24,000 nt of DNA, from positions 1 to 24,000 of the forward strand of contig JAHJSS010000052.1 of assembly GCA_018830225.1 (NCBI GenBank), in the 5' to 3' direction. The notes beneath the pieces are model-generated. The model saw nothing but the letters and a program-made list of their open reading frames with translations. It ran no database searches and was not told the DNA's origin. The DNA is from Nanobdellota archaeon (GTDB lineage Archaea; Nanobdellota; Nanobdellia; Woesearchaeales; UBA11576). Within the stretch, counting starts at the first letter, position 1; every line of letters begins with the position of its first letter. The translations under genes were made by a program, and so were the position numbers. Below, one piece after another: positions 14,933 to 23,420 of the stretch.

Positions 14933-16825
14933 TTATTTTCTTTCTTTTATCTCTTCAATGACTTGTTTCAGGAACTCGTCAGGATGCTTCTCTCCATGGA
15001 CTACATTGTCTCTTGTCCTTATGTTGATTGTACCGTTCTCCTGCTCCTTGTCTCCGACGACAAGTATGTAGTTTATCTTCTGGAGCTGGGCCTCGCGGAC
15101 CTTTTTAGGTATGGATTCTGCCCTTGAATCAAGCTCTACCCTGACTCCTGCGTCGAAGAATCTCTTCCTGAACATCTCTGCGTATTCGTCGTGCCTGTCG
15201 GCGACAGTGAGTATCCTGACCTGGACAGGGCTGAGCCAGAGCGGGAACTTGCCTGCATAGTGCTCGATCAGCACGCCGAGGAACCGCTCCATCGAGCCGT
15301 ATATCGTCCTGTGCAGCATGACTGGCCTGTGCTTCTTGCCGTCCTCTCCCTCGTATGTCAGGTCAAACCTTTCTGAGAGGTTCATGTCGAGCTGGACCGT
15401 GCCGCACTGCCATGTCCTTCCTATCGCGTCCTTGATGTGGAAGTCTATCTTGGGCCCGTAGAACGCGCCGTCGCCAGGGTTTATCTTGTATTCCTTTCCT
15501 GACTCGTCGAGCGCCTTCTTCAGTCCCTTCTCTGCTGCTGCCCATGCCGCGTCTGTCCCTATTGATTTCGCAGGCCTTGTGGACAGCTCGAGGTGGTATG
15601 ATAGCCCGAATGTCCTGTATATCTTGTCGGAGAGGTTTATCACGCCGAGCACTTCTTCTGTTATCTGCTGCTCTGTCATGTAGAGGTGCGCGTCGTCCTG
15701 GTGGAAGCACCTGACGCGGAACATGCCTGACAGCACTCCGCTGAGCTCGTGCCTGTGGACAAGCCCTATTTCTCCTACTCGGAGAGGGAGTTCCCTGTAT
15801 GAGTGTATCTTCTCGCCGTATAGCAGCATGCCTCCGGGGCAGTTCATCGGCTTTATCGCGTAGTCCATCTGGTCGATGTTTGTTGTGTACATGTTCTCCC
15901 TGTAGTTAGTCCAGTGGCCTGAGCGTTCCCATAGCATCCTGTTGAGCATTAGCGGTGTCTTCACCTCGACATATCCTGCATTCCTGTGCTCTTCGCGCCA
16001 GAAGCTTATGAGCTCGTTCCATATGACCATCCCTTTCGGGTGCATGAACGGCATGCCCGGCCCCTCGTCGTGGAATGAGAAAAGGTCAAGCTCCTTGCCA
16101 ATCTTCCTGTGGTCCCTCTTCTCAGCCTCTTCCTTTAGTGTGATGTATGCCTTGAGCTCATCTTTCGTCGGGAAGCTTATGCCATATATCCTCTGGAGCT
16201 GCTTGTTCTTCGCGTCCCCTCTCCAGTACGCGCCAGCTATCTTTGTGAGCTTGAATGCTTTTATCAGCCCTGTGTGCGGGACGTGCGGTCCCCTGCAAAG
16301 GTCGATGAACTTCCCCTGCCTGTATATTGTTATTGTGCCTTCCTCGAGCTCGTTTATCATCTCGACTTTGAAATCATTGTCCCTGAAGAGCTCCAGCGCC
16401 GCTTTCTTTGTCATCTCCTGCCTTTCGATAGGCGCTTTCTGCTTGACTATTTCGTGCATCTTGTGCTCTATGTTCTTGAGGTCCTCTGGCTTGAACGGCT
16501 CGTGGTCCATGTCGTAGTAGAATCCTTCCTCGACCACAGGTCCGATAGTGAGCTTTGCGTACGGGTATAGCTCTGTTATCGCGTGCGCCATGAGGTGCGC
16601 TGTGCTGTGCCTGAAGACATCCATGCCTTCAGGGTCTTTCGGCGTCAGTATCTTGACTTCAGAATCGTCTGTTATAGGAGTGTTGAGGTCTACGACCTTT
16701 CCGTTGAGCTTCATCGCGACTGCCTGTTCTGCGAGCTCTTTCGAGACTGCTTTTGCTATGTCCATGCCTGTCGTCCCTGCTTTGTATTCTCTGGTAGAAC
16801 CGTCTGGAAACTTTACTATTGCCAT
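14933..16825 (-). CDS. thrS: Threonyl-tRNA synthetase
   Basis: 630-aa ORF with N-terminal TGS domain, second additional/editing domain (HSTAHLMAHA), class II catalytic core (HRHE, FHQDDAH) and C-terminal anticodon-binding domain. SD GGAGGAT lies upstream. Confidence 0.97.
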   Translation of the reverse strand: MAIVKFPDGSTREYKAGTTGMDIAKAVSKELAEQAVAMKLNGKVVDLNTPITDDSEVKILTPKDPEGMDVFRHSTAHLMAHAITELYPYAKLTIGPVVEEGFYYDMDHEPFKPEDLKNIEHKMHEIVKQKAPIERQEMTKKAALELFRDNDFKVEMINELEEGTITIYRQGKFIDLCRGPHVPHTGLIKAFKLTKIAGAYWRGDAKNKQLQRIYGISFPTKDELKAYITLKEEAEKRDHRKIGKELDLFSFHDEGPGMPFMHPKGMVIWNELISFWREEHRNAGYVEVKTPLMLNRMLWERSGHWTNYRENMYTTNIDQMDYAIKPMNCPGGMLLYGEKIHSYRELPLRVGEIGLVHRHELSGVLSGMFRVRCFHQDDAHLYMTEQQITEEVLGVINLSDKIYRTFGLSYHLELSTRPAKSIGTDAAWAAAEKGLKKALDESGKEYKINPGDGAFYGPKIDFHIKDAIGRTWQCGTVQLDMNLSERFDLTYEGEDGKKHRPVMLHRTIYGSMERFLGVLIEHYAGKFPLWLSPVQVRILTVADRHDEYAEMFRKRFFDAGVRVELDSRAESIPKKVREAQLQKINYILVVGDKEQENGTINIRTRDNVVHGEKHPDEFLKQVIEEIKERK

Positions 16826-16961
16826 TTTTATCCTCCGGATCAGCCCAACAACGGCTAATCCCGTATAAGATGATAAGAAAGAGGGATATTATTAAACCTT
16901 GTGCTAAATATCCAGACACAAAGCAGTTGACGCCACCTGGTGAGCTTATTGATCTATCTGC

Positions 16962-17906
16962 TCACAGCATGTTGGTTTTCTTGAAATATAAGTACATGAC
17001 AACTATCGATATGACCATCATGCAGAGCGAGAACGGGTATCCCCATTTCCAGGGTACCTCTGGCATGAAGCGGAAGTTCATGCCGTATATGCTGGCTATC
17101 AGCGTGGGTATCATGACATAGGCTGCGACTACTGTGAGTCTTTTTATCGTCTGGTTGAGGCTGTTTGATATGGATGTCATGTATATGTCTATGACTCCTG
17201 TTAGTATGTCCCTGAGGGTCTCTTCTACGTCTATCAGCTGGACAAGGTCATTGTATATGTCCCTGAATTCGTAGAGCTCTTTCCTGCTGAGCTTTGTGAC
17301 ATATTCCTTCTCTATCGCGGTTATGACTTCCCTGTTTGCGAGCAGCGACTTGTGGAACAGAAGGAGGGATTTCTTCAGCTTGAACACATCCTCTATTGCC
17401 TTTCCCTGCGGATTGTGGAATATCGTGCTCTCTATCCTGTCTGCTGTGTCCTGGTAGGTTTCGAGGAGGTTGAAGTAGTCGTCGACTATCTTCTCGAGCA
17501 TGACCCTTACAAATTTTGTGTGGGAGTCGAAATACTTTGGGTTCTTTTCGAGAAGCTCCTTGGAGAATCTTGAGAGCCCGCCTATCTCCTCTGTGCGCAG
17601 CGTGACTATGTTCTTGTTTTTGAACAGGAATATCGCGAAGGATGTCCTTTTGATGGATTTTTCGTGTATTACCGGGACGCCGAACACTATGAGAGAGTAT
17701 GTGTCGAACTCGAATGTGTTTGGGCGTTCGTAGGCTATCAGGTGGTCCTTGAAGTCCGCGACCGCTATGTTTGTGTGCGAGGATATCTTCTCTAGTTCTG
17801 CGTCTGTGGGGTTTACGCAGTCTACCCACACCACCCTTTTTGACTTCAGTGCTGAAAGGTCTGCCTGGACTATCTTGTTCTTAGGGCGCCAGTAAGCTGT
17901 TATCAT
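16962..17906 (-). CDS. corA: CorA-family magnesium/cobalt transporter
   Basis: 314-aa ORF with a cytoplasmic N-domain, two C-terminal TM helices and the YGMNF signature. Confidence 0.9.
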   Translation of the reverse strand: MITAYWRPKNKIVQADLSALKSKRVVWVDCVNPTDAELEKISSHTNIAVADFKDHLIAYERPNTFEFDTYSLIVFGVPVIHEKSIKRTSFAIFLFKNKNIVTLRTEEIGGLSRFSKELLEKNPKYFDSHTKFVRVMLEKIVDDYFNLLETYQDTADRIESTIFHNPQGKAIEDVFKLKKSLLLFHKSLLANREVITAIEKEYVTKLSRKELYEFRDIYNDLVQLIDVEETLRDILTGVIDIYMTSISNSLNQTIKRLTVVAAYVMIPTLIASIYGMNFRFMPEVPWKWGYPFSLCMMVISIVVMYLYFKKTNML

Positions 17907-17974
17907 GAAGGAAAAGCGTGCAGGAGGCTATTTAAACTTTTGTCTCTACTTTCAAGGAGAGCAGAACAACAAAG

Positions 17975-17982
17975 TTTATATA
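17975..17982 (+). promoter_or_regulatory. TATA box (TTTATATA) for the DUF1704 gene
   Basis: Ends 27 nt upstream of the ATG at 18010, supporting that start over the track start at 17905, which overlaps corA. Confidence 0.45.
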
Positions 17983-18009
17983 TTCTTTATTACGGAGAAA
18001 AAGCATAGA

Positions 18010-19092
18010 ATGGGCGATTTTTTCAGGCTGAGGAGCATTGACGCTGAACTGCAGAGGATAATCAACCCGGTTAGTTTCTTCGACGTAAACCCCATGAACC
18101 TCGAGGCTGAGAAGGAGAAGGTACTTGAGGATCCCGACTACAACCCTTATTTCATCTACGCAGCCGCTCCGTTTGATTTCGATGACGTGCAGGAGCAGCT
18201 GCATTCTGTCGATGAGTGCGAATCTCCGCTCGGCAGGCTCCTGGACCAGAAGAGGAACATCTTCATCGACAAGTGTGAGATGCTGCGTGACCGCGGCTCG
18301 CGGAAGTTCACTGTCTTCGCGAAGAAGGTGTATGGCCTCCCTTCGAGGGCAGTGCTCGAGAGGTCTATCAGCTTCCTCTCGTTGGATTCTGAGAGGGAAG
18401 AGAAGACCGTCGATTCCAGGCGCGCGATAAGCCTGCTCCAGGCAGAGATCAACCATTATGGTTTCGATTATGAGGTCAGCGCAAAGAGCATGAGCGCGAG
18501 CGCCATGGTTCTTGTCTCTAAGAAGAAGATATTCGTGAAAGATAAGTTCAGCTTCTCTGACAATTTCGTCAAGAGGCTGATCCTGCATGAGGTCGGCACC
18601 CATGTCCTCCGTGCAGAGAACGGCAGGGAGCAGCCGTTCATGATATTTTTCCACGGGCTTCCGAACTACCTCTCGACAGAGGAGGGTCTGGCTGTCGTGA
18701 ACGAGGAGCGGTTCGGCCTCCTGAACAATGAGAACCTGAAGAATTACGCTGCGCGCGCTGTCGCCGTGCACATGGCGATGACAAAGAGCTTCTCTGAGAT
18801 ATACAATTACCTTCTAGGATTCTTCCCGCCTGCCACTGCTTTCAGGCTCGCCACAAGGGCCAAGCGCGGAATCGCAGACACATCAAAGCCAGGGGGCTGC
18901 CCGAAGGATTATGTCTACATCGATGGATACCTCAAGGTCAAGGAGTATCTTGAGAAAGGAGGGAGCTTGAGCGATCTCTATGTCGGCAAGGTGGGCATCG
19001 AGCACCTGCCTGATATCAAGGAGATGGCAGGCATAAACAGGCCGAGATACCTGCCGAAAAACCAAAGCTTTAAAAGTCTGCTTAGTTTTTAA
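18010..19092 (+). CDS. DUF1704 / MATCAP-like metallocarboxypeptidase-family protein (QEGLA-motif protein)
   Basis: HEVGTH zinc-binding motif and the family's EEGLA motif (STEEGLAVVNEE). Confidence 0.8.
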   Translation: MGDFFRLRSIDAELQRIINPVSFFDVNPMNLEAEKEKVLEDPDYNPYFIYAAAPFDFDDVQEQLHSVDECESPLGRLLDQKRNIFIDKCEMLRDRGSRKFTVFAKKVYGLPSRAVLERSISFLSLDSEREEKTVDSRRAISLLQAEINHYGFDYEVSAKSMSASAMVLVSKKKIFVKDKFSFSDNFVKRLILHEVGTHVLRAENGREQPFMIFFHGLPNYLSTEEGLAVVNEERFGLLNNENLKNYAARAVAVHMAMTKSFSEIYNYLLGFFPPATAFRLATRAKRGIADTSKPGGCPKDYVYIDGYLKVKEYLEKGGSLSDLYVGKVGIEHLPDIKEMAGINRPRYLPKNQSFKSLLSF

Positions 19093-19094
19093 AT

Positions 19095-19118
19095 GGCTGT
19101 TAAAACGGCTGTTAAAAT
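19095..19118. repeat. Tandem 12-mer GGCTGTTAAAA(C/T) x2 between the DUF1704 gene and pth2
   Basis: GGCTGTTAAAACGGCTGTTAAAAT read directly, followed by an A9 run and GTTGGTG x2. Confidence 0.6.
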
Positions 19119-19157
19119 CGCCTAAAAAAAAAGCGTTGGTGGAGTGTTGGTGCTTTC

Positions 19158-19502
19158 ATGGAAATGAAGCTGGTGATTCTGGTAAGGCAGGACCTGAAAC
19201 TGCCCAAGGGCAAGCTTGCTGCGCAGGCTGCTCATGCTGCTGTCGAAGCTTCTTTGAGGTCTAGCAAATCTAAGGTTGAGGCATGGAGGGCAGAGGGCCA
19301 GAAGAAGGTCGTTCTCAAGGTCAAGGATGAGAAGGAGCTCATCGATTATCTTAACATGGCAAAGGCCGAGAGGCTCAATGCCGCGTTGATCACTGATGCT
19401 GGCAAGACCTGCATCGCGCCCGGCACAAAGACCTGCATAGCGATAGGTCCTGATGATGAGGATAAGATAGACAAGCTGACAGGCAAGCTGCCTATGTTAT
19501 GA
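19158..19502 (+). CDS. pth2: Peptidyl-tRNA hydrolase, archaeal Pth2 type
   Basis: 114-aa ORF with KLVILVRQDLKL.KGKLAAQAAHAAV and ITDAG.T.I.PGT.T typical of PTH2. Confidence 0.9.
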   Translation: MEMKLVILVRQDLKLPKGKLAAQAAHAAVEASLRSSKSKVEAWRAEGQKKVVLKVKDEKELIDYLNMAKAERLNAALITDAGKTCIAPGTKTCIAIGPDDEDKIDKLTGKLPML

Positions 19503-19523
19503 CTGAGTTAGTGAGTGGTTAAT

Positions 19524-19760
19524 ATGGTCAAACCCGTTAAAAAACCTAAACAGGTGGAGAAGCTGAAGAAGCAGGACAAGGAGCTTGCAAAGCTCCCCTC
19601 GCTCAAGGAAGAGGATGAGCGCTTCAAGAAAGGAGAGTCTTTCCTGAGGCGGCTGATCAGGCCTCGGATGATAGAGGTCGACCTGAAGAAGCTTGACAGC
19701 GCGAGGAAAGCTACCATTAAGCAAGGGGCAAAGCCCAAGAGGTCTGCTAAGAGGAGGTAG
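19524..19760 (+). CDS. Highly basic 78-aa hypothetical protein
   Basis: Lys/Arg-rich ORF directly after pth2. The track uses a GTG at 19515; the ATG at 19524 is preferred. No family recognised. Confidence 0.5.
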   Translation: MVKPVKKPKQVEKLKKQDKELAKLPSLKEEDERFKKGESFLRRLIRPRMIEVDLKKLDSARKATIKQGAKPKRSAKRR

Positions 19761-19763
19761 AGA

Positions 19764-19910
19764 GTGGTAAAGGCCGGCGATTTTTTCAAATGGTATCTCC
19801 ATATCGACTGGAAGGACATCACTAATTATATTGCGCTCATATTTGCCATACTTCTTTTCTGGTGGGGCATAAAGACCATAATAGCATCTCTTTCTTACGC
19901 AGCTCCGTGA
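19764..19910 (+). CDS. 48-aa single-TM hypothetical protein (GTG start)
   Basis: Not in the supplied track: (M)VKAGDFFKWYLHIDWKDITNYIALIFAILLFWWGIKTIIASLSYAAP. AGGAGGT lies 5 nt upstream of the GTG, overlapping the stop of the preceding ORF. Confidence 0.4.
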   Translation: MVKAGDFFKWYLHIDWKDITNYIALIFAILLFWWGIKTIIASLSYAAP

Positions 19911-20043
19911 GTATCCGCGAGCATCATTGAGCCTGAAATTCATAATATTTAAAAAGAATCACTCGAAAAGTTTAAAAGCAGACCGCTATATTTGCAGGGC
20001 ATCTATATTATAAGCATATATATAATAAAGAAGGGGGTGTACG

Positions 20044-21978
20044 ATGGAAGAGCACAAACACGAAGCTGAGCATCATTCTCACGAGTCTCATGTACATCAT
20101 GAGGCAGAGCATCATGAAGCTCCTCATGAGCATAAGGCTCCGGAGAATAAGCCTGAGCACTCAGAGCACAAGAAGGAGCACGGGACCAAGGCTCCAAAGA
20201 GAAAGCCAGAGCATAAGGTGGTGCGCAGGACAGAGAAGCAGCACAAGGCCGGAAAGCCGAAAGCAGTGAAGAGGAATTATGTCCCTTATGTCATCGGCGG
20301 CATCATCCTTGTCGTGATAATCGCATTGATAGTGAGGTTGGCATCGAAGCCGGCGCCTGTCGAGGTCGACAATCCAGGGCAGTACGGCTCTGTCGATGTG
20401 GAGTTCTATGTCATGAGCCAGTGTCCTTACGGCATACAGGTCGAGAACGCTATCCAGCCTGTGCTGGATGAGCTCGGCGACAACATGGATTTCAGGCTTG
20501 AGTTCATCGCGAGCAAGACAGCCACAGGGTTCGACAGCCTGCACGGCCCGCCGGAAGTCATAGGCGACAAGGTGCAGCTCTGCGTCCAGGACATGTATCC
20601 TGATGACCTTATAGATTTTGTCGTCTGCCAGAACAAGGACCCGCGGGACCTTATGGCATCCCTCGAGAAGTGCGCCAAAGGCACTTCAATCGACCCTGTG
20701 AAAGTAAAGGAATGCGCTGAAGGAGAGAAGGGCAATGAGCTCCTTTCAGGATCCGCAATAAAGAGCCAGGAGGTCGGCGCTCAGGGCAGCCCGACGATGT
20801 TCTTCAATGGCCAGCCGTATGCTGGAGGCAGGGATTCCGCATCATTCAAGAGGGCTGTCTGCGCAGGGCTTTCCGCACATCCTTTATGTGAGGGCCTGTC
20901 TGCATGCTCTGCTGACACTGATTGCAGGGAAGAGCTGGGCAAGATAGGGACTTGCGAGAACCCTGGAAAGAAGGACGCTAAGTGCACTTACAGGGATGAC
21001 GCTGCAGTCACCTTAACAATAGTCAATGCAAAGGAGTGCACTTCCTGTGACCCGAGCCAGCTGGTTGCTATACTCAGCCAGGTCTTCCTTAACATCGAAG
21101 TGAAGTCTGTGGATGCTTCCAGCGCTGAAGGCAAGGCATTGGTCAAGAAGTACTCGCTTGAGAACGCGCCTTCGTTGATATTCTCAGAGGGCTTGGAGAA
21201 GACCTATGCCTGGGGAAGCAATGAGCGCATAAGGGGAGCTTTCAGGAAGGCAGGGACTGAACTTGTCATGCTTGACGAGGCAAGCGGATCGAGCTACATC
21301 CTCGACGCGAAGAAGAGGGCTGAGTTCGAGAAGCTTACTGGAGTGACAAAGGGTGACAACAAGCCGCAGATTGACTTCTATGTCATGAGCTACTGCCCAT
21401 ATGGCAACATCGCTGAGGAGGCTATCGAGCCGGTCTATCAGCTGCTCAGGGACAAGGCAGAATTCAACCCGCACTATGTCATCTACTCTAACTATGGTGG
21501 TGGAGGTCCTCAGTACTGCATGGATGCAGGTTCTAAGTACTGCTCTATGCATGGGGTGCAGGAGATGAACCAGGGCATCCGCGAACTGTGCGTCGACAAG
21601 TACATGGGCATTGATGCATACTTCAAGTTCGTGCTTGAGATGAACCGCAAGTGCAACTACCAGAACGCTGACTCGTGCTGGGAGGGCGTCGCCAAGTCAT
21701 TGAAGCTTGATACTGCAAAGATAAAGGAGTGCGAGGCTTCTGAAGGCGAGACCATTGCTGCAGCAGAGCTTGAGCTCAACAAGGCTCTTGGAGTGCAGGG
21801 CTCTCCGACAGTGTTTGTCGAAGGTGCTGCTTATAACGGCGCGAGGGCTCCTGCAGGCTATGCGCAGGCTTTGTGCGCTGGCTTCGAGACCGCTCCAGGT
21901 GAGTGCAGCGCGGCGAGCCTCGGCTCATTGGCCGGTGCTTCAGCCTCTCCTGCTGCCAGCGAAGGCGGTTGCGGTTAA
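20044..21978 (+). CDS. Membrane-anchored protein: His-rich cytoplasmic N-terminus, one TM helix, tandem thioredoxin-fold (DsbA/GILT-like) ectodomains
   Basis: 15 His in the first 47 residues. A basic stretch is followed by a TM helix (YVIGGIILVVIIALIVRLA). Two paralogous modules each begin FYVMS.CPYG and end G.QGSPT.F..G..Y.G.R........CAG. A central CTSC (CxxC) module and a Cys-rich linker lie between them. SD AAGGGGGTG lies upstream. Confidence 0.8.
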   Translation: MEEHKHEAEHHSHESHVHHEAEHHEAPHEHKAPENKPEHSEHKKEHGTKAPKRKPEHKVVRRTEKQHKAGKPKAVKRNYVPYVIGGIILVVIIALIVRLASKPAPVEVDNPGQYGSVDVEFYVMSQCPYGIQVENAIQPVLDELGDNMDFRLEFIASKTATGFDSLHGPPEVIGDKVQLCVQDMYPDDLIDFVVCQNKDPRDLMASLEKCAKGTSIDPVKVKECAEGEKGNELLSGSAIKSQEVGAQGSPTMFFNGQPYAGGRDSASFKRAVCAGLSAHPLCEGLSACSADTDCREELGKIGTCENPGKKDAKCTYRDDAAVTLTIVNAKECTSCDPSQLVAILSQVFLNIEVKSVDASSAEGKALVKKYSLENAPSLIFSEGLEKTYAWGSNERIRGAFRKAGTELVMLDEASGSSYILDAKKRAEFEKLTGVTKGDNKPQIDFYVMSYCPYGNIAEEAIEPVYQLLRDKAEFNPHYVIYSNYGGGGPQYCMDAGSKYCSMHGVQEMNQGIRELCVDKYMGIDAYFKFVLEMNRKCNYQNADSCWEGVAKSLKLDTAKIKECEASEGETIAAAELELNKALGVQGSPTVFVEGAAYNGARAPAGYAQALCAGFETAPGECSAASLGSLAGASASPAASEGGCG

Positions 21979-21995
21979 GAAAGTGTTTAATTTTT

Positions 21996-22448
21996 TTATT
22001 TTATTCTCTTCTTCATGTTTTTCTCGATATGCGTCTGGATTAGCCTGACCTTTTCTGCCCGCCCTATCATCCTGTAGAAATCCTTTGCGTTTTCCAACGG
22101 CAGTAAAGGAACATTTAGGCCGTTCCAGGAACCGATCCGCACGTGCTCGAACATGTTCAGAAGGTCGTTGCCATAAGAGTTTATCTCTACCTCAAAACCA
22201 AGAATATCGCACACCAAAGACTGCCCTTCAAGATTGTCTCTTTTGGTATCTTTGACTATATATTCATTGAGTGCTGATCGGAAGATGTCAATTCCCTCAG
22301 GGGTTGTTGTTATGTCAAGGTCCCTGACAGTTACTTCCATGCCCTGCACGCGCAGGTTGGCGCTGCCTTCCAGCCTCCAGCGGATTTCCTTTCCAGCAAT
22401 CCTCCTGCTTATGATACTCAGGATCCTGTGTATGTCCTTTTCTTCCAT
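21996..22448 (-). CDS. Small nucleotidyltransferase-fold protein (minimal NTase, lincosamide/aminoglycoside NTase-like pattern)
   Basis: 150-aa ORF with W.LEGSANL...G......DLDI, the GS...DxD pattern of Pol-beta-superfamily NTases. Substrate unknown. Confidence 0.5.
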   Translation of the reverse strand: MEEKDIHRILSIISRRIAGKEIRWRLEGSANLRVQGMEVTVRDLDITTTPEGIDIFRSALNEYIVKDTKRDNLEGQSLVCDILGFEVEINSYGNDLLNMFEHVRIGSWNGLNVPLLPLENAKDFYRMIGRAEKVRLIQTHIEKNMKKRIK

Positions 22449-22449
22449 C

Positions 22450-23226
22450 TCACTTCACAAACACTTTCTTCCCTGTCTTCACATCTATCCCTGATGTCTT
22501 CTTGCCGAGTGTGGTTATCTTTATCTGCCTGCCTTTGCTCTCCACTATGTCACCTATCCTGTGGCCCCGCATCCTGAACAGCACGCTTATCCTGTGTATC
22601 TCTTTGCCTGTCTGCCTGTTCTTGCTGAAGAGCTTTGAGGTCTCGTGGAGCTCTCCGTTGAAGTTCTGCTTGAGCTTCTTGCCTAGTGCGCGCATGTATT
22701 TGGCAGATGTGAGCTGGAAGTCAATGTCTGCCCCGCTGCCGAACTCTTTGGTCAGGTGCACTCCCCTGTTCTCGTTCGCTTCGATGTCTTTCCTGACAAA
22801 GCCGACCAATTCCGGTGTCGCGCCCCTGATCTGCAGCACGCCTTCAAAGTATTCTGTGTCTTTCTTTGCGCACTTGTCGCAGTAGGTGAACAATATCTTG
22901 GCCGGTATCATGAAGTCCTGTACTCCTGCTGATATCTCCAGCTCTATGTCCTGCTCTGCTCCTGGCTTGTCCTTCAGCTCCTTGTAGTGAGGGGTTATGT
23001 CAAGCACTGCTCTTTTCGGGTTCTTTATCCTGGTGTATGCCGCGTGGATTATGCCTTGGTCAGGGCTCTTGAAGCTCTGCCACTTGTGCTGTACCATTAC
23101 CCTGTCGCATTCTATGCATTTCTTTATGGTTATGTCCTTGAACTCCAGGCCCAGCTCTTCTTCGGCGCATTCGCTGCAGAAAGTGCCTTTTATTCCCTTT
23201 TTGCCGCATTTGGGGCAGAATGCCAT
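22450..23226 (-). CDS. NMD3-family protein (archaeal homologue of the 60S export/biogenesis factor)
   Basis: N-terminal Cys clusters (CPKCG...CSEC, CIECDR, CDKC) and overall length fit archaeal NMD3. The stop lies 1 nt from the NTase start. Confidence 0.75.
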   Translation of the reverse strand: MAFCPKCGKKGIKGTFCSECAEEELGLEFKDITIKKCIECDRVMVQHKWQSFKSPDQGIIHAAYTRIKNPKRAVLDITPHYKELKDKPGAEQDIELEISAGVQDFMIPAKILFTYCDKCAKKDTEYFEGVLQIRGATPELVGFVRKDIEANENRGVHLTKEFGSGADIDFQLTSAKYMRALGKKLKQNFNGELHETSKLFSKNRQTGKEIHRISVLFRMRGHRIGDIVESKGRQIKITTLGKKTSGIDVKTGKKVFVK

Positions 23227-23241
23227 AATACATCTCCAAAA

Positions 23242-23420
23242 GCAGAGTCGCGACCGCCGTTGCCAGTATGCGAGCCTCTAAACCGAAAGAAGCAAGCCCG
23301 TTGCGGGGGATGCCCCATCCGGGGAAGCAGGGCCTGCGATAAAATTATCGCTAGGCGAGCCAGGCAACGACGAGAGCTTTGCGACCAAGGGGAGCAAAGC
23401 GAAGTAGGTCGCGACTCTGC
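23242..23420 (-). ncRNA. Unassigned ~180-nt GC-rich multi-helix RNA element upstream of NMD3 (independent sRNA or cis-regulatory leader)
   Basis: Perfect 14-bp closing helix (23242-23255 / 23407-23420). 9-bp helix 23256-23264 / 23363-23371. Hairpins at 23376-23400 and 23332-23356. Helix 23270-23275 / 23296-23301. Two internal C-A / A-C mismatches on the plus strand become G-U pairs on the minus strand. TATA-like TTTTAATAA lies 27 nt upstream (minus sense). UUUU, then GGAG, then the NMD3 ATG follow the 3' strand. Confidence 0.5.

Noticed and set aside
17905-18009. Longer N-terminus for the DUF1704 gene that overlaps the corA start
   Set aside because: The region contains TATA-like elements for both divergent genes. 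The ATG at 18010 lies 27 nt after TTTATATA. The extra 35 residues are low-complexity.
23242-23420. Possible 5S rRNA or SRP RNA. The plus strand contains GAAGCAAGCCC and CCCCAUCC (reminiscent of 5S loop C), GCGAGCCUCU and GAAGUAGG (reminiscent of 5S helix IV/V), and CCGAAAGAAGCAAGCC / GGGGAAGCAGGGCC (reminiscent of the SRP helix 8 GGAAGCAGCC)
   Set aside because: The motifs are in the wrong order for 5S. The inner domain is a four-way rather than three-way junction. The strands flanking the SRP-like motifs are not complementary as helix 8 requires. The G-U evidence favours the opposite strand. This remains worth a formal cmscan, but I cannot support either call.
23242-23420. The closing helix might only be two copies of the palindrome GTCGCGAC (a direct repeat or restriction-type site) rather than an RNA stem
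   Set aside because: Complementarity extends beyond the 8-nt palindrome to 14 contiguous bp (GCAGAG.../...CTCTGC) and stacks directly on a second helix. An inverted-repeat stem is therefore the better reading.
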